64,000 nucleotides of DNA, taken from assembly GCF_006345805.1 (NCBI RefSeq), contig NW_021824954.1:124001-188000 (forward strand). Direction: 5' to 3'. Origin of the DNA: Octopus sinensis (Eukaryota). The position numbers were made by a program, and so were the translations under genes. Below the pieces are notes generated by a model. It was given only the letters and a program-made list of their open reading frames with translations. It did no database searches and had not been told where the DNA came from. Positions 25,001 to 40,460 of this stretch are shown here, piece by piece. How positions within the stretch are numbered: position 1 is the stretch's first letter; each line of letters opens with the position of its first letter.

Positions 25001-26319
25001 AGATAAAATAAAACAGAAAAAGTACCTTCATCAATAACAACAGTTTCCTAAATTGATTTGACCCCACCTCACCCTTCACTCCCTACAGGTTTAAAGGTGT
25101 GACCTTTCAAAACCTTTAAAAGCAGCTCACATTTCAGAGAATTTACCTTAAACAAAAAAAAAAGGAAGGCTGATGTAAAATTACCAGATGTAGTCAGATA
25201 GATATTTCTCTTGCTGTTTGACACAGTTCAAACAAGAAATGTAAACTATAATGAGAATTTTCTACACAAGAAATTTTAAAATACTTCTCAAACATTTTAT
25301 GGATGAGAAATTTTACAGTATTCTTGAGTGAGGCTCTTCACTCTGGACAAGGGTGCAGCTTTAAAAAGAGTCTCCTAGTAACTTAAGTTTAAGATTGCCC
25401 TTGGAAGTTTTCATCTTATATGTATGTATATGTATTAAGAATAATGGTTTTAAATTTTGGCACAAGGCCAAAAATTTTAGGGGAGCTGGTTAGATCAACC
25501 CTAGTACTCAACTGGTACTTATTTTATCAACCCTGATAGGATGAAAAGGGAAAGTCATTCCCAGAGGGATTTGAACTCAGAATGTAAAGTTGGAAAAATG
25601 CTTTTAAGCATTTTGTCCAGCATGGCAACAGTTCTGCCAGCTAACAACACAACAATAATAACTCAAATGTCTTTAAATCAAAATCAATATTGCAGTTTAG
25701 ATAGGATGATTGCCTTGGTGATGCCTCAGAATTTATATATTGTGTTATTTTTACAAGGTTGGATATTTATATATATGACTTAAAGAAACAACTTTCTTAT
25801 AAACAACTGAATGCTTTTTCATTGCAGCATTCAAGTTATGGAATCAATTTTAGCCATGAGGCTACATTCTATAAATGAATAATATAATATCTGATAATTT
25901 CACCAAATGCAATTATTGCATAGCAAGTGTTCATAAATAGTTCTAATTAGCTTTCATTCCTATGTTACCTTACACCTATTTGCAATATCAATGAAGGTAA
26001 GATGAAAAAAAAAAATTAAAACTAGTTCCAAAGAAGAAAAATAAAGTTATCTACAATTAATGTTATTGACGATAGTTATTGTAAAAGGATATTGAAAGCA
26101 AACAGAACATACAATTATGGAAAAAAAAAATTTAACCTAGCCAGCCTTCAGCTTCAATCCATCAGTGATATGCTGCCGTTCAGCTGGTTGGGGATTTGAA
26201 ACTGGCCTTGAGAATGTGAAATCAGAGAAAAGTTAATTGCACAGATCAAGATCAATCACCAGCACTAGGCACATAACATTAAAAAGAAAAAAAGTTATAT
26301 AATAGGAAAAAAATAGGTA

Positions 26320-26362
<43 letters not shown>

Positions 26363-26477
26363 GTATATACTCGCCTAAGATTGTAAGACCTAAATAAATA
26401 AAAAAGTAGCAAGACTGTAGTAGTAATAATAATAATAATAATAATATAATAATAATAATATAATAATAATAATAATA

Positions 26478-26517
<40 letters not shown>

Positions 26518-26850
26518 GTCTTAATCATCATAGTAATAATATTGAAAATAATTGAAACTAACCAAAATAAAAAGATAAGAAGAAACGAAAAAAATCAGAA
26601 CAAGAACACAAACAAAAAACAGGCAAAAATCCAAGAGATGACAGAAAATTTCTTGGTAAAGCTGATGCTACTCTATAAAGGGCAGAGTGCCCATGTGGAC
26701 TGAACTGAGTGAAAGAAAACTAAATGAAAAGCCTTTCTCTTAGTACATCCTTAATACATGTACATACACACACACACACGTGTGTACGTACGTATATGTG
26801 TGTGTGTGTATATATATATACACACACACACATATATATACACACACTCA

Positions 26851-28004
26851 CAAGAGTGGGCAGAAACGTCCATAGGCTGACTATGAAGGAGTGATGTTAA
26901 AGCTGTAAAATCTTGTATGCATTAATTTCAACCCTTCTTATTAATAACTGCATTGTTTCTTTCCAGGTAAATTCACATCTGATCATTCAAAGAAGATTTT
27001 AAAGTAACTAGTAATGACTGCTCTTGAAAATGGACAAAATTTAGCATTGTGGTGTTAACAAGTATTTACAGATTTAGTCCCTAAGAACATATGCTGATAT
27101 AGTTGCTACATTAGAGGATGATGCTCTAGTTTTATCAACTGCAAAAATGGGCAGCTGAATTTAGGAGGGGAATGGAGTGTCGTAAATACAACCCAAGGTC
27201 AGGATGCCCTGAAACTGCCACCACTGAAGAAAATATTGATTGTGCTCACTACATGACAGGCAACTGACTATAAATCAAACAGCCAATGCTATTAGCATTT
27301 TCCCTTGAGAAAGATGAGAATATTCTGCACAATGAGCTTGATGGGTGTCTTCTAACACCTGCTGATCACATCACAGCAAAATCTGATATTGTTCCTCGCA
27401 GATTCCACAGCTGGTTTCCTTGAATGTTTCCTAATCCAGGATGAATGTTGGCTTCATCACTTTGTGCAAGAGACAAAGACACAAACTATGCAGTGGAAAC
27501 ACATCTCTTCAGCTGGGAAGGTTACGGCCTCAGTTTTTTTTGCATGCAAAAGGTATTGCATTTATTGACTATCTTCAAAAGGGCCACATCATTAATGGAG
27601 AGTGCTCTGATAACTTCCTGAGGTAGTTATGGAAGGCTATTAAGACAAAACGTCCAGGAAAACTGACAAATGGGGTCTTGTTTCATCAGGTCAATGCTCC
27701 AGTATATAAATCTTAGCTTTCAATGCAGCTATGCATGACTGTAGTTTTGAACTGGTTGATCACCCTCCTGATTTGGTCCCATCTATCATCTGTTTGCCAA
27801 CATGAAAAAACACTTAGCTGGGAACCAGTATTGCAGTGATGATGATATATTTGCTGTTGCTACCAGTTACTTTTGAAGTCTACTTTGAACAATCAGATGT
27901 CAGTTTATCTGCATAGAAAGAATTCAATTATTAATAAGGGTTGAAAGTACTGCATGAAGATTTCACAGCTCTAACATCACCCCTTCATAGTCAGCCCGCT
28001 CTTG
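26851..28004 (+). mobile_element. Decayed mariner (irritans-like) with long terminal inverted repeats
   Basis: Remnants KWAAEFRRG..PRSGCPETATTEENID, DECWLHHF, FHQVNAP, YHLFANMKKHLAG. TIRs about 26851-27015 and 27858-28004; TA at the right end. Confidence 0.85.
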
Positions 28005-28594
28005 TATGTGTGTACATGCATACACACACACACACACACACACACATCTATGTACACATTCTCACATATTTGTTTTACATTCTATCCATTGAACTATATA
28101 TATATATTTCGTTTTGGGATTTGGTTTGCAAGATTCTTTATGTGAGTTCGTGTGTTGAAGCATATTCTGTTGTGTCTGGGGAGAGTTTTGAGTAGTTTTG
28201 AGTCAAAACTATCGAAAAGGTTGCAAGACGCAACGAAAATTTTAGGAAAATAAAAATAAGAAAAAAAAAGTGGAAATTTTCCCAGTGAGCGTGTTATATT
28301 ATAAGGCACAAAAAGAAAATGACTCTGCCCAGACACAACAGAATATATATATACATACACACACACATAATTATAACTTAATAGATTTTGTTCAAAGTGT
28401 GTTAACATGAAAAAGCATGTGCACATACAGTTGTATGAATGTATGTTTATATGATCATGTATATAATCTGTGAGTGTATGTGTATGCATATATACACATA
28501 CACATGCAAATGTATACACATAAACACATACACACACATTTTGAAGTGTTAGCATTGCTCCTCTGGTGAAGAAGATTGGCCTGCAAGAGCTCTG

Positions 28595-28690
28595 TGCTGG
28601 TGCCACATAGGAAAGGTATCCAGCTATAGAGACCATGCCAAATCAAACTGGAACCTGGTGCAGCTCTCCTGCTTGCCAGCTCAGGTCAAA
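28595..28690 (+). mobile_element. Isolated RTE 3'-UTR fragment
   Basis: aggaaaggtatccagctatagagaccatgccaaatcaaactgga...cagtccagcccat resembles 53642-53732. Confidence 0.5.
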
Positions 28691-29124
28691 CAGTCCAGCC
28701 CATCAGCTCTATCTTGTATTGCATAAAATTGCTGGCTGCAGCAAAAGAATCAATGAAAGATTCCATAATGGAATGAAGCTGTGTATCAGCATGGGTGGTT
28801 AAGCTCTGTAAACACCTACTGCAAGAGGTACTCATCACAGTCACATCTGCGCAAAACAGCGTAGGACCGTAGCAGCTTGTTCAGCTGATACTCTAACAAT
28901 TCTACCAAAGCACTGCTCTGACTTAGAGTACATCCTTACACACACACAAATATATATATACAGGCAGAGGTGTGGCTTCCCAACCACATGGTTTTGGGTT
29001 CAGTCCCACTGCACCTTGGTTAAGTGTCTCTTCTACTATTAGTCTTAGGCTGAACAAAGCCTTGCGAATAGATTAGAGGATTAGGTAGATAGAAACTGAA
29101 AGAAGCCTGTCATGTGTGTGTACG

Positions 29125-29167
<43 letters not shown>

Positions 29168-29238
29168 GTAGGTCCCGGGTTGAGTCGGGGTTAACCACAG
29201 TAAATAAGGTACTCAATACATAGCAGAGTAAATTAATT

Positions 29239-29364
29239 TATTTTATAGAAGGAGCTTCTACAGGACTAGAGCTGTTTCATTCAAAAGAAATCATCAGGAA
29301 GCTTCCTGATGATTTCTTTTGAATGAAACAGCTCTAGTCCTGTAGAAGCTCCTTCTATAAAATA
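29239..29364. repeat. Perfect 126-bp palindrome with no spacer
   Basis: Centre AAG|CTT at 29301/29302. Every base checked is complementary out to 29239/29364. Confidence 0.98.
29297..29353 (+). ncRNA. Type I hammerhead motif (weak stem II); identical copy on the minus strand
   Basis: Stem I AGCUUC/GAAGCU. Core CUGAUGA 29306-29312. Stem II UUC/GAA with a U.U mismatch at 10.1/11.1. GAAA 29325-29328. Stem III ACAG/CUGU. Predicted cut GUA| after 29344. Confidence 0.75.
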
Positions 29365-29467
29365 TATATATATATATATATATTAAGAAAAAGGAGGCAA
29401 TCAAAATCATCCAAAATTCTGACTGCCTCCTCCTTCTTAATATACAATATCTGTACAACACTTCAAA

Positions 29468-29519
<52 letters not shown>

Positions 29520-30348
29520 CACACAATACATAACTTACTTGAAAGGTTAGTTTCGTCATTTAAAGGACTTAAACATCAAAATTTATATTATACAAAACAT
29601 TAAATTAAAATGATTCTAAATTTTTATTGAATGTGACGTATAACATAATCTTTCCTGTTTGTGAGAGCAAGATTTTAACCTACAGAATAAAGTGTCTGTC
29701 TATCTATAAACACAAAGATGGCATCAAATTTATCCATACTTAGCACTCCATTCTGCTTGTCACCACATAAAGAAAACTATATTTCTCTCACAGGTATCTC
29801 TAAAGAGATTCTTATTAGACTCACATCCATCAGCTGTATCTATGCATCATTTGCTTTGTCTTACATCGACACTATACCCTCTCTCATGCTGATGTTATGA
29901 AAAATGCATCCATTATCATGTGTAAAGTAGTTGGTAGAGCACCCAGTCACAGAAACCATGCAAAAAAATGGAAAGTTTGAGTGGGACAGTAGTTCTGAAT
30001 AAGAACATACTGGGACTGGGCCAGCAGAGAAGACGAATGTAAACTGTCAATGATGGCACAAGAATGAGTCAGAAAGTAATGCAATTGTTATTTGTATTTC
30101 TAACTACATATATATATCTAAATATGTGTATATATATATGTGTGTGTATATATGTGTATATATATATGTGTGTGTATATATGTGTATATATATATGTGTA
30201 TATATATATGTGTATATATATATGTGTATATATATATGTGTATATATATATATATGTGTATATATATATATATGTGTATATATATATATATGTGTATATA
30301 TATATATATGTGTATATATATATGTGTGTATATATATGTGTGTATATA

Positions 30349-30384
<36 letters not shown>

Positions 30385-30435
30385 CATACACACACACACA
30401 CATATATATATACACACACACACATATATATGTGT

Positions 30436-30505
<70 letters not shown>

Positions 30506-30507
30506 TA

Positions 30508-30553
<46 letters not shown>

Positions 30554-30781
30554 CATGCTTATGTGTCGGTATTTGTCCCCCCACCATCGCTTGACAACTG
30601 ATGTTGGTGTGTTTAGCGGTTCAGCAAAAGAGACCAATAGAATAAGTACTGGGCTTAGAAAGAATAAGTTCTGGAGTTGATTTGTTCAACTAAAGTTGGT
30701 GCTCCAACATGGCTACAGTCAAATGACTGAAATAAGTAAAAGAATATATGTTTATGTGTGTGTGTATATCTATCTATCTAA

Positions 30782-30825
<44 letters not shown>

Positions 30826-30846
30826 GTATCTATGTATCTATCTATC

Positions 30847-30878
<32 letters not shown>

Positions 30879-31648
30879 AAGGGGATTTTCAAAGCTAAGT
30901 TAGTAACAGATTTTTGCTGATGCCGGCCACCACTTGTTTTTCAGTAGTAGAAGTAGCATAGTAACAAATCATAATTAAAAAGAAAGATTGATTCAGATAC
31001 TTAATCTCTGCTATGAATTTGGCTTTTCCACTCATTGTAGGGAGGATTGTGGATACATTATAAACAATGTCTCTCTGATATAGATACGGAAGCTAAGAAG
31101 GAAAAAAGAAACTTCTTTTTTGCATTCATGAGAAGATGCCGAAGAATGTTTAAAATAAAAGAATCATGCTCTCTAAGGACCAACCTATTGCCAGGAAAAT
31201 GCCTATCCAAACATTTTGACTATTATGAGAGACTTAAGAACAGACATTCAAAACAAAGCATTTTTCAGTTCCAGCTCATTTTTATCCATTCCTGTGAATG
31301 TATCTGCATGCACACACACATACACACACTCACACTGACACACACACCAGCACTTATACATTAACTGGAATATACATACAATTCCATACATTATATAAAA
31401 GATTTCTGATTTAGAATATTCGAAAAATACCTCCACAAAGAGGACAAATGGAAATTTATCCAATAAAGTCGTCACTGTTATCTTAGTCTAAGGATAATCA
31501 CCAAATCGACATTACTGAATTGCAAATAATGAAACAAAATTCTGCAGATGTCTCCCACATATGCCATCTATGTATACTCAGAGAACTGCTACTGAAGGAA
31601 AATATTATGAGAGTAATAATAATAATGATAATAATTATGATGATAAGG

Positions 31649-31710
<62 letters not shown>

Positions 31711-34700
31711 GACCACCCCCTGTATTTTTGATCTGAATATCTTTCAACATCAAAATGCATTCTTCAGCTTACCTTGCTGTCGATGTGCCTTTATCCAACT
31801 AAAGAAATATAAAAATTGAGGATAAAAGTATAATAAAACAGCTTTTCACTACTTAATTATTATCATTACTGTAGTTATGGTTACTGTGCTTAATGTAACA
31901 CATACACAAAAAGATATTGAAAATACCAACTGTTTTTTTTATTTTAATTTTTCATTTTTGTAAGAACTGATAAATCAGTAAAGTTCAGAAAGATATAGAA
32001 GAGTTTTCTTAATTGATTCTTACTAAATAACTACTTATTTGATAAGTCAATGACGTATGAAATAATCTAGGAAATATAACTGATGACCTAATTCACACAG
32101 ATGAAGAAAGATATATCAAAAACATGCAATTGTCTTTTATTTTTTGTTACACAGTGGAGGAAAAACAGGATAAAAATAACTGGTGGTAGGGGACATATTT
32201 CTGTTTTCAATAGCCAGATTAAGAAGGAATTAGAAATAAAATATAATATAAACAAATGCAGAAAAGTATAATATAGTGTTATTGATAAAAAAAAAGCCAT
32301 ATATTTAAAAATCTCTAATATTTTTGTAAGATAATTCAAATATAACATCCCCCATCTCCCAAACTAAAAGTGTTTTTTGCAAATTCTTTAGCAGCAGTGT
32401 TATAAGCAGACTCCAAATACTGGCAGAAGCTAGATGGGATTTATTGCTTAATAAACAACACACACACATTATGATTTGCTTGGATAGTTAAGATTTCCTC
32501 TTTTCTTGGCATATAATTGAACTAATGCACACTATGTTAAGTTTTCTTTTATTCTTAAGAATATGCAAAACTTTCTCTTTAGCTTAAAAACTTTTTAAAA
32601 GAACAATTTAAGTAAGAACTCTTTAGAAATCCACCTTAATGACTTCATTGAATTTCATGAATGCTACAAATCAGATCACCTATACAAGAATTAAAAATTA
32701 TGAAGTTATTCAATAGCTTTGTTATATGTTTAAAACCAGGAGGTTTTAAATAATGCAACCAAGGTCATTCATCAATCAAAGAATGCTCAGTGCAATATAT
32801 GAGCTATTTCTTCAACAACAATAGTAACAACTTTAGTATACCTGAGTGTATTTGATACAAGACTACTGATTCCTAGGTATGATGATCATTTGTAGTAATT
32901 TTCTGTCTTTTATAAAGGAAGACATTTAAATTTATTTGGTCCAGCCTATCAATTCAAAAACTTGGTATCATGTATTGCTGAAGAAGCTATTTGCTAAGTA
33001 GATTTGCTTGTCATTCATTTACTGTTATTGAAATTCAGCGCCACGTGAACATGTGTGCATTGAGAAGATAATGGACTAAAAAAAAAGTATATTACCTAAG
33101 TATTCGCCTAAGTAATCAATTAATACTCTCAAGGGAAGGAAACCAGTATTTTAGTTGCTTCCCTTCATTGTGCATGGTTTCCAAGTTACTCTTGATTTAG
33201 ATTATGTTAGAAATTTATAAATTTAGAATTGTATAGAATTTATGAGGATGGGTTGCCTATTTTAATAAAATATCTAATTTTTGTATTTTGAATTTGGCTG
33301 AAATCTCCTGGCAAGATGGTTAGTTTAGATGAAATTAGGAATAACCAAAAAAAAAAAAAAAATTGTAGAATGTTGTTCCAACAGGATAAAAGAATACTTT
33401 TAATATATTTTGTTTTACCATTTTTCATACTCTTCATACTCCCACACTATCATGTTGGTCAGACTTAGAATTAAAAATGACCTGATAAAAAATTAAACAA
33501 TTCTTTTGCATTTAAAAAGATGTGAATATCTCGTCATGATTTCAGATGAAATATTATCTTCAGTGGAATTACTGATGACTCAAATAGGCAGGTGCAAAAT
33601 TAAGATTTATTGGGAAAAGGAAAGAAGATTGTGTAGCTGTCCTGCCTTTCTCAAAGGACCAATGACTTAAAAGAAGTAAAATGATTGCAACTAGGAGACA
33701 AAATTTCCTCACAAATGCGGCTCTCTATGATGTTATTTCTTACTGTTCAATGGTTATGGCTCCATTGGTGACTGATAGCAGATATATTTCATTTCAACTA
33801 TCTTTTATTCAAAACATTGATTTGTCCACAGAGGAGTTTTATCCTTGTTTGAGTAATTACAGTGAAATACTTGAATGAGTTATGAGAGAAATGATGACAT
33901 TGAAGTTATATCATACACCTCGAATTAATAGACCTACTAAAATTGAATTTTCAAATCCAGTTGAAACTAGAATTGGGAGATGAAAATAATCACATAACCA
34001 GAAATTCAAATAGGCTGTAAATGAAGAGGTTACTAAAACAGGAACTCAACTGTGAATTCAGATCTAAGAAATTGTGTAGATTTCCTACATCAATTAGAAG
34101 CTAAAATGGGACTTTTACAGATGTAGAGTTGAGATACCTTAGTGAAACCAAACAGCGACAACATAAACTAAAGACAAGTGAATCAGAAATTGAGCAAAAT
34201 GACATTTATGTTTTTATCTGCTTCAAAATACTGAAAGCAATTGAAATTCATAATTTCTACATGCACAAAAAATACCATACATGCATATACTTGTAATGTT
34301 TTTATTTATGTGTATGTGTGCATGGGTGTGCATGTACATGCATATTTTCCATTTACTCTTTATCAACGTAAAGTCAATCATTTACCAAACAGCAAAATTT
34401 TATGCCCAAATTGCAAAATTTTTGATTGAATTATTTAAATAAAGTCGAACATCTACAGTACTGCATACTTGGAGAATCACATTGGGGGATTAAACTTGTA
34501 GTCTATGAAGCAATCAAATTTTTTGACTGTGTGAATGTAGACTTCCCATGATTGGAATTGAGCATTAGTCACATACGCGAGGCACATATAACTTTTTAAA
34601 TTTAAACATGAGTAGTCTAAAGACAAGCTCCTTTTGAGAAGTGGTGTTTATTCGGCTGGAAAATTAACATCTACATACAATGGAATATCTTTCATTCGCT

Positions 34701-34975
34701 GTTTTCAATGTACATTATTATATGTGCACACACAGTTTTACACACACATACACACACACACATATGCATAGATGCATGTGAGTAAATAGGAGGCATGTTC
34801 AACTGTGCTAGTGTCTGTGCATGTGCATATTACAAATACACTGACTTTTTTGGGACATATATATTTGCTTATTAGTTCACTATAATAAACAATAAATGTC
34901 ATCAGCATCGCAAAGATTCTTAAATACTGGAGAAACTAAAATAAAATTCTGAAAATAATAGCTACACAGGGAAAT

Positions 34976-35011
<36 letters not shown>

Positions 35012-35033
35012 AAGAGAAAGAGAGAGAGAGAGT

Positions 35034-35103
<70 letters not shown>

Positions 35104-36128
35104 GAAAATACCTAAAAAAAATTACATGGAAAATGACAGAAAATGAGATGAAATAAATTAAATAACTCCTTAAAACTATAGACAGAAATGTAAGAGAAAT
35201 GTTGAAAGAAAGTAAGAGGTGTATAACATATGTTACATATGTAAAAAAAAAAACAACAAACAAAGTCAACAGAGATAAAGGAAAAAAAAATGATGAACTA
35301 ACATCTCTCTTGTCAGGAGATATATTTGGTGAGGGGGTGAAAAAAACATTAATTCTAGTAGTCTGGCTATTCATAAAAGAAATATAGTCATGTTTATTGA
35401 CACATATTGTAATATTTCAACAGCTAGAAGAAACAAGAGAAAAAAAGAAATGTGTCTGGAGATTACCAAATCTTCATATTGTCCCCTTTCAATTTCATTT
35501 AAGTAAAAAAAAAAAAAAAATTCAAATTTGGGTACGTAAAAGGAAAGGGAAAGGAACAAAAATACAAAAAGTTTTATAGTGAAAAAAGTAAAATGTTGAA
35601 AGAAAAAAATTGATAAAAAATAAAATTTAAGTTTAAAAGAAAAAAATAAAATAAAACAAAGATTTGATAAAAATAAATTAAAAAAAGTTGAAAATGAATA
35701 AAAAAAAAGTGTTTTTTTAATGTGAAAACATTTTTTGGAAGTTGAGAGAGTTCAAACAGCGCTGTCCCAAATTGGTACTTTTTAGATTGTCAATACAAAT
35801 ACAGAATCCATCTAAGAAACGAAGGAAAAACAAAACTGTGTATGATAATTATATATGAACGAGTGGTCAAGTGTCCATCCATGCATTAACTAGTAGTACT
35901 TTTAGGTCTTTCTTTGAATATGTCAAGCGAGAAAGCATCAGTTTAAAATGCCATGATCTCTAGTCAGCAAGAACTACTTGAATATGCATAAGACAATGGG
36001 AGTGAGAGTGAGGAAAAGAGAGGAGTGACAGAGATTGAGAGAGAAAGATAGACAAAGAGATACAGAGTGATAGAGAAAGACGGATAGAGAAAAGGGGGAA
36101 GACAGAAAAGATTCTTTTGTATTATATA

Positions 36129-36167
<39 letters not shown>

Positions 36168-36169
36168 GC

Positions 36170-36205
<36 letters not shown>

Positions 36206-38891
36206 ATATATATATATATACACACACATAGCTAGATGGTTTTGAAGTTTAAGACAACACCATATACATCATAGTGGGTTCAGGGGCTTTTGCTAGAAAA
36301 AAAAATTAAGAAAAATGTCTAAAACTGAATTTGAAAAATTTAGATATTTTATTTTCATAAATTAAATATTTAAAAAACATGTTTGATAGGATGGAATATA
36401 TTCTTTACTTTAAATTCTTGAAATTTTAGTATAGGAAAATGTAATTTGCAATTAAGGAAAATTATTTCTAATTGATATAATAAAGATAGAATTTATTTTC
36501 TTCATAAAAAGTCACATAAATTGTTAAGTTTAATACTGCAAATTTTGCTACATTAAAATTATCACTACATTAAAAAAAAAAAATTTAATTCTTTAAACAC
36601 TTTAATTTTGGAAGGTGGAATGAATAATGGTGTTGTCAAGAAACTCTACCAAGCTTTAGTGGCCAACCAGAAGCTTAGTAGAGGTGAACAGGAAGGGGGA
36701 AAACAACCCAGAATGTATTGCCACAATTGAATAGGCATTACATTGTAACTCTTATGATACCCAAAGAACATGTCGATAGATAATCCACATGTTCTTTGAA
36801 TTTGACTCCCAAAATCAAGAACAGCTAGCAAGAAACATGAAAGATTTTCATTTTAAAGCTAAAATACAGGTATAGGAAAAAAACAAAAACAAAAAAAAAA
36901 AACACAAAAATGGCTGAAATGAACAAGGAATGTATTTTGTTGTTGTTTTGATGGCGTGTTGAATACTTTGATACCTGTATTATTTTTAAAGAACGTTGCT
37001 CGCTCTCTCCAAATGCTTATCATTTATATTTAAAACAATTTTGACTAGGGATCAAGGTAGTTGATTAAAAAAATGGAGATTACTATTAAAAGTTTTGTGA
37101 AAATCTAAAAATTTACAAAAGTTATAAAGTAGGATCAGAAATTTTTTTTAAATTGATTTTTTTTATATTTCAAAGTTCTTTTGAAATAAATCAATAGTAT
37201 AAAAAGGGTCTGATGAGAAAAATAAACATTTTGAAAAAGAAAACATTGTTTATATAAAGAAAACATTGTTTTCATGGTTTTATTGGGAAATTTCATAAAA
37301 AATAGCGATTTTTAATAATATGGGTTGTTACTGATGCTTTCTACCTTCTGAACTTCATTGAAATGGAAAAGACACAAGACCATTTTTTCTTTTTGTGCTG
37401 TAGAAGTTTCTTTGACCATTTTCCCTCAGACAATTACAAAACACTTCCCCTTCACAAGAATTAAATGAAAAATTAATTTGATGAACACCTGATTGCCAAG
37501 TTTATTAGTGTTACTCCGACCAAATTTAATTCACTACATATTTTTTCATTAAGGCTAACTAAAGAAACTTACTAAATTTCATAAAAAAAGCATTTATTTT
37601 ATTCTACATAATTTTTTCATAAGTTTATGGGAAAGTTGGCTTCTTCAGAACTAATAAATGTAAATTTTCATTTTTTTCTTTCACAAGTTACAATAAAGCT
37701 AAATTGTGTATAAAAATATTCTTTTTATATAATTTTGTCAGAAGTTTGGGCCAGAGCCAATAATCTTGTCAGGTCCTCTTTACAGATAAAATTGTTACAG
37801 CAAATACCCAGCAGCAACATACACTGGTCAATGTTTGTTGAGAAAATGAGTGTAGTGGCAAAACATGGATGTGAATTGGTTCAGATACTTGCAACTGAGT
37901 GAACTCTGCTGGCCAAGGCTATCTTAGCAACATTACAGGCTCCTGGACAAATCTCTGCACTGGGCCTTATAGTATTTATTTATTGGCAACAAGTCAACAA
38001 CACAGATTACAACTGGGCCCCTAAAACAAGGTCCCTGTGCCTATGTATTAATATGGTATTGCTACTAAGGTTAGGCACTAAAGGCATATTTCACAAATAG
38101 CAGAAATTATAGAATACTGAGGTTGATACAAATAAACAGAAATAACTGAAACTGCAAAAAAAAAAAAAAAGATGCTTGACATAAACATATGACACATTGA
38201 GAGGGAAGGGAAGACTATCATCAAATCTATTCTAGTATTTCAGCACTATTTCTACTACTCTTTCCATGCTACCAAAAACCTACTTCCATAATAATAACAA
38301 TATTAATTTTCAAAATAGAATAAATTCTGATAAGTTTGGGTCTATTGTGTATGTTAAACTCAGTAACTTACTAAATAGTAAACTTGCTGTAGAGAAAATC
38401 TTCTCAAAAAAAAAAAAAAATACTAGAATGAAAGAATGAATAAAAGAAACATTGCTAACAAATCTGAGGTCAAGTGGTCATATTTGTATTTTCTCAACTA
38501 TTAAAATAAAGAAAAGAGAAGAGAGCAAGAGAAAAGATAGCAAGAATGTATATAATATATATGTAAATATATGCATGTATATATATTTAAATATATGTAT
38601 ATATATGTAAATATATGCATGCATATATGTATATACACACATATAAACATACATACACACACACATATATATATATACATACATACACACACACATATGC
38701 ATACATATATGTATACATATGTATATGTACACATATGTGTGTGTGTGTGCATAAATATATATATATATATATATATAATAAATATCATATATATATAATA
38801 TATATATACATGTAATATATATTATATACAGAGATACAGAGTGATAGACTGAGAAATTGCACAAGATAGAGTGAGTGATTGATAGTGTGAG

Positions 38892-38936
<45 letters not shown>

Positions 38937-39103
38937 TAGAACTAGATAGTGAGAGAACTATTGCTGAGGAAACATTGTATATGCATTGACTTTCTTTTAG
39001 ATACCAATTAAGGCGGGACATGATGATTTGGGACTTTTCTCCAGACACATTCTAAGGGTGATGTTGATTATTTAAAGAGAGAGCAAAAAAGAACATGACT
39101 TAC

Positions 39104-39216
39104 CTGGCTGTCCAAGCCAACGGTAAATAACATTAAAAAAAACAAAATTGCCCACAGAGGGGACACTGGTAACTTAGTTACAGCTTCAGGGTAAGCAACA
39201 AATGTTAGACCAGGAC
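39104..39216 (-). CDS. SLC6 transporter exon (EL4 and TM8); not in the ORF track
   Basis: cttatag|GTCCT to CAG|GTAAGT. Hand translation (G)[37 protein letters not shown]. 113 nt, phase 1 to 0. Confidence 0.95.
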
Positions 39217-39394
39217 CTATAAGATGGTAAAAGAAGAAACAAAATGATGCAAATTAGTGAAATGTAAAGAAAAAAAAAACTTGTTTCTTTCAGTTCTTTT
39301 CTATTTTGGATTTGGTAGACAGAGATTGAAAGAAACCTATAGCGCAGGTAGGGAAAATGATGATAAATCTATCAATTTAAATATAAATAGAAGT

Positions 39395-39445
<51 letters not shown>

Positions 39446-40460
39446 ATATGTATATTTTTTTGCTATTATGTCAAACTGTTGTATGTCCAAATTTGACCAA
39501 ATGCGCTTCTTTCCAATATTTATTTGGCATGGAAAGCAGACGCTAAATGATGATACACACACACTGATAATCTTATAATTATTTCGTTAAAATGAATTAG
39601 AGGATTTGAACTCAGAACGTAAAGAGACATAGTCAAATATTACACGCTATTTTGTCCAACACCCAAACAATTCTGCAGCTCTATGCCTTACAAATGAATA
39701 TAAATCTTTTCTGTCACAGCATGGTTGTTTTTAAGTACGGAGAGTCAGTTATTTGTTAATACAAACTTTAAGAGCCAAATTAATATGTTTTGCTTCCATA
39801 ATTGTTACTTAATAAAGGTAAATAACTGCAGTTAATCAAATTCATCAATATAATTATCTCCCCTAACAGAATAATTACCGCACTTGAATAGTTTGTTTCA
39901 AACAAATAAGCTTAAAGATAACGATAAAATCAACTTTTTGACAACGTCTACCGGGTCAAATTACTATAAATTCGAATATCATTTACATGTGTTAGGAGCA
40001 TTGGAGTCTTTGCTGACGTTAAAGACAATTTTATTTTTAAACTTCAGGTATAACCGCATCCTGGACATTATCTAAAGGTTCCTTCTTATTTAAAGATATG
40101 AAAGGAGATTCGACTGTTCTTTCTAGCCAGTTGAGTCAATATGTTGATAATCCTTCGTTGCTCTGAGGGTAAATAATTGTTATTGTTGCTTAGTCCCCTA
40201 TCAACTCTAACTGAGAAAATATATGATCAATCACACTGCAGCCTGAAGGAAAAAGAACCTCACAAATTGCATTGTATATGAAGCACCCAAAATGAAGTGC
40301 ACTACATTACTAATTAACCATACCGATTGGTAGCAAATAGAATTGTTTAAGCATTGACCAAGCACTGATGTTGATTTGTTCTAGATGTGAATGGGATTAT
40401 ACAAAGAGACAAAAATTATTATATGACAAATTGAATATGTACAGTGTTTGTGTCCCTTAC

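Noticed and set aside
36646-38090. Possible transposase remnants at about 36650-36830 and 37740-38090
   Set aside because: Only vague motif resemblance, no termini; cannot be supported without a database search.
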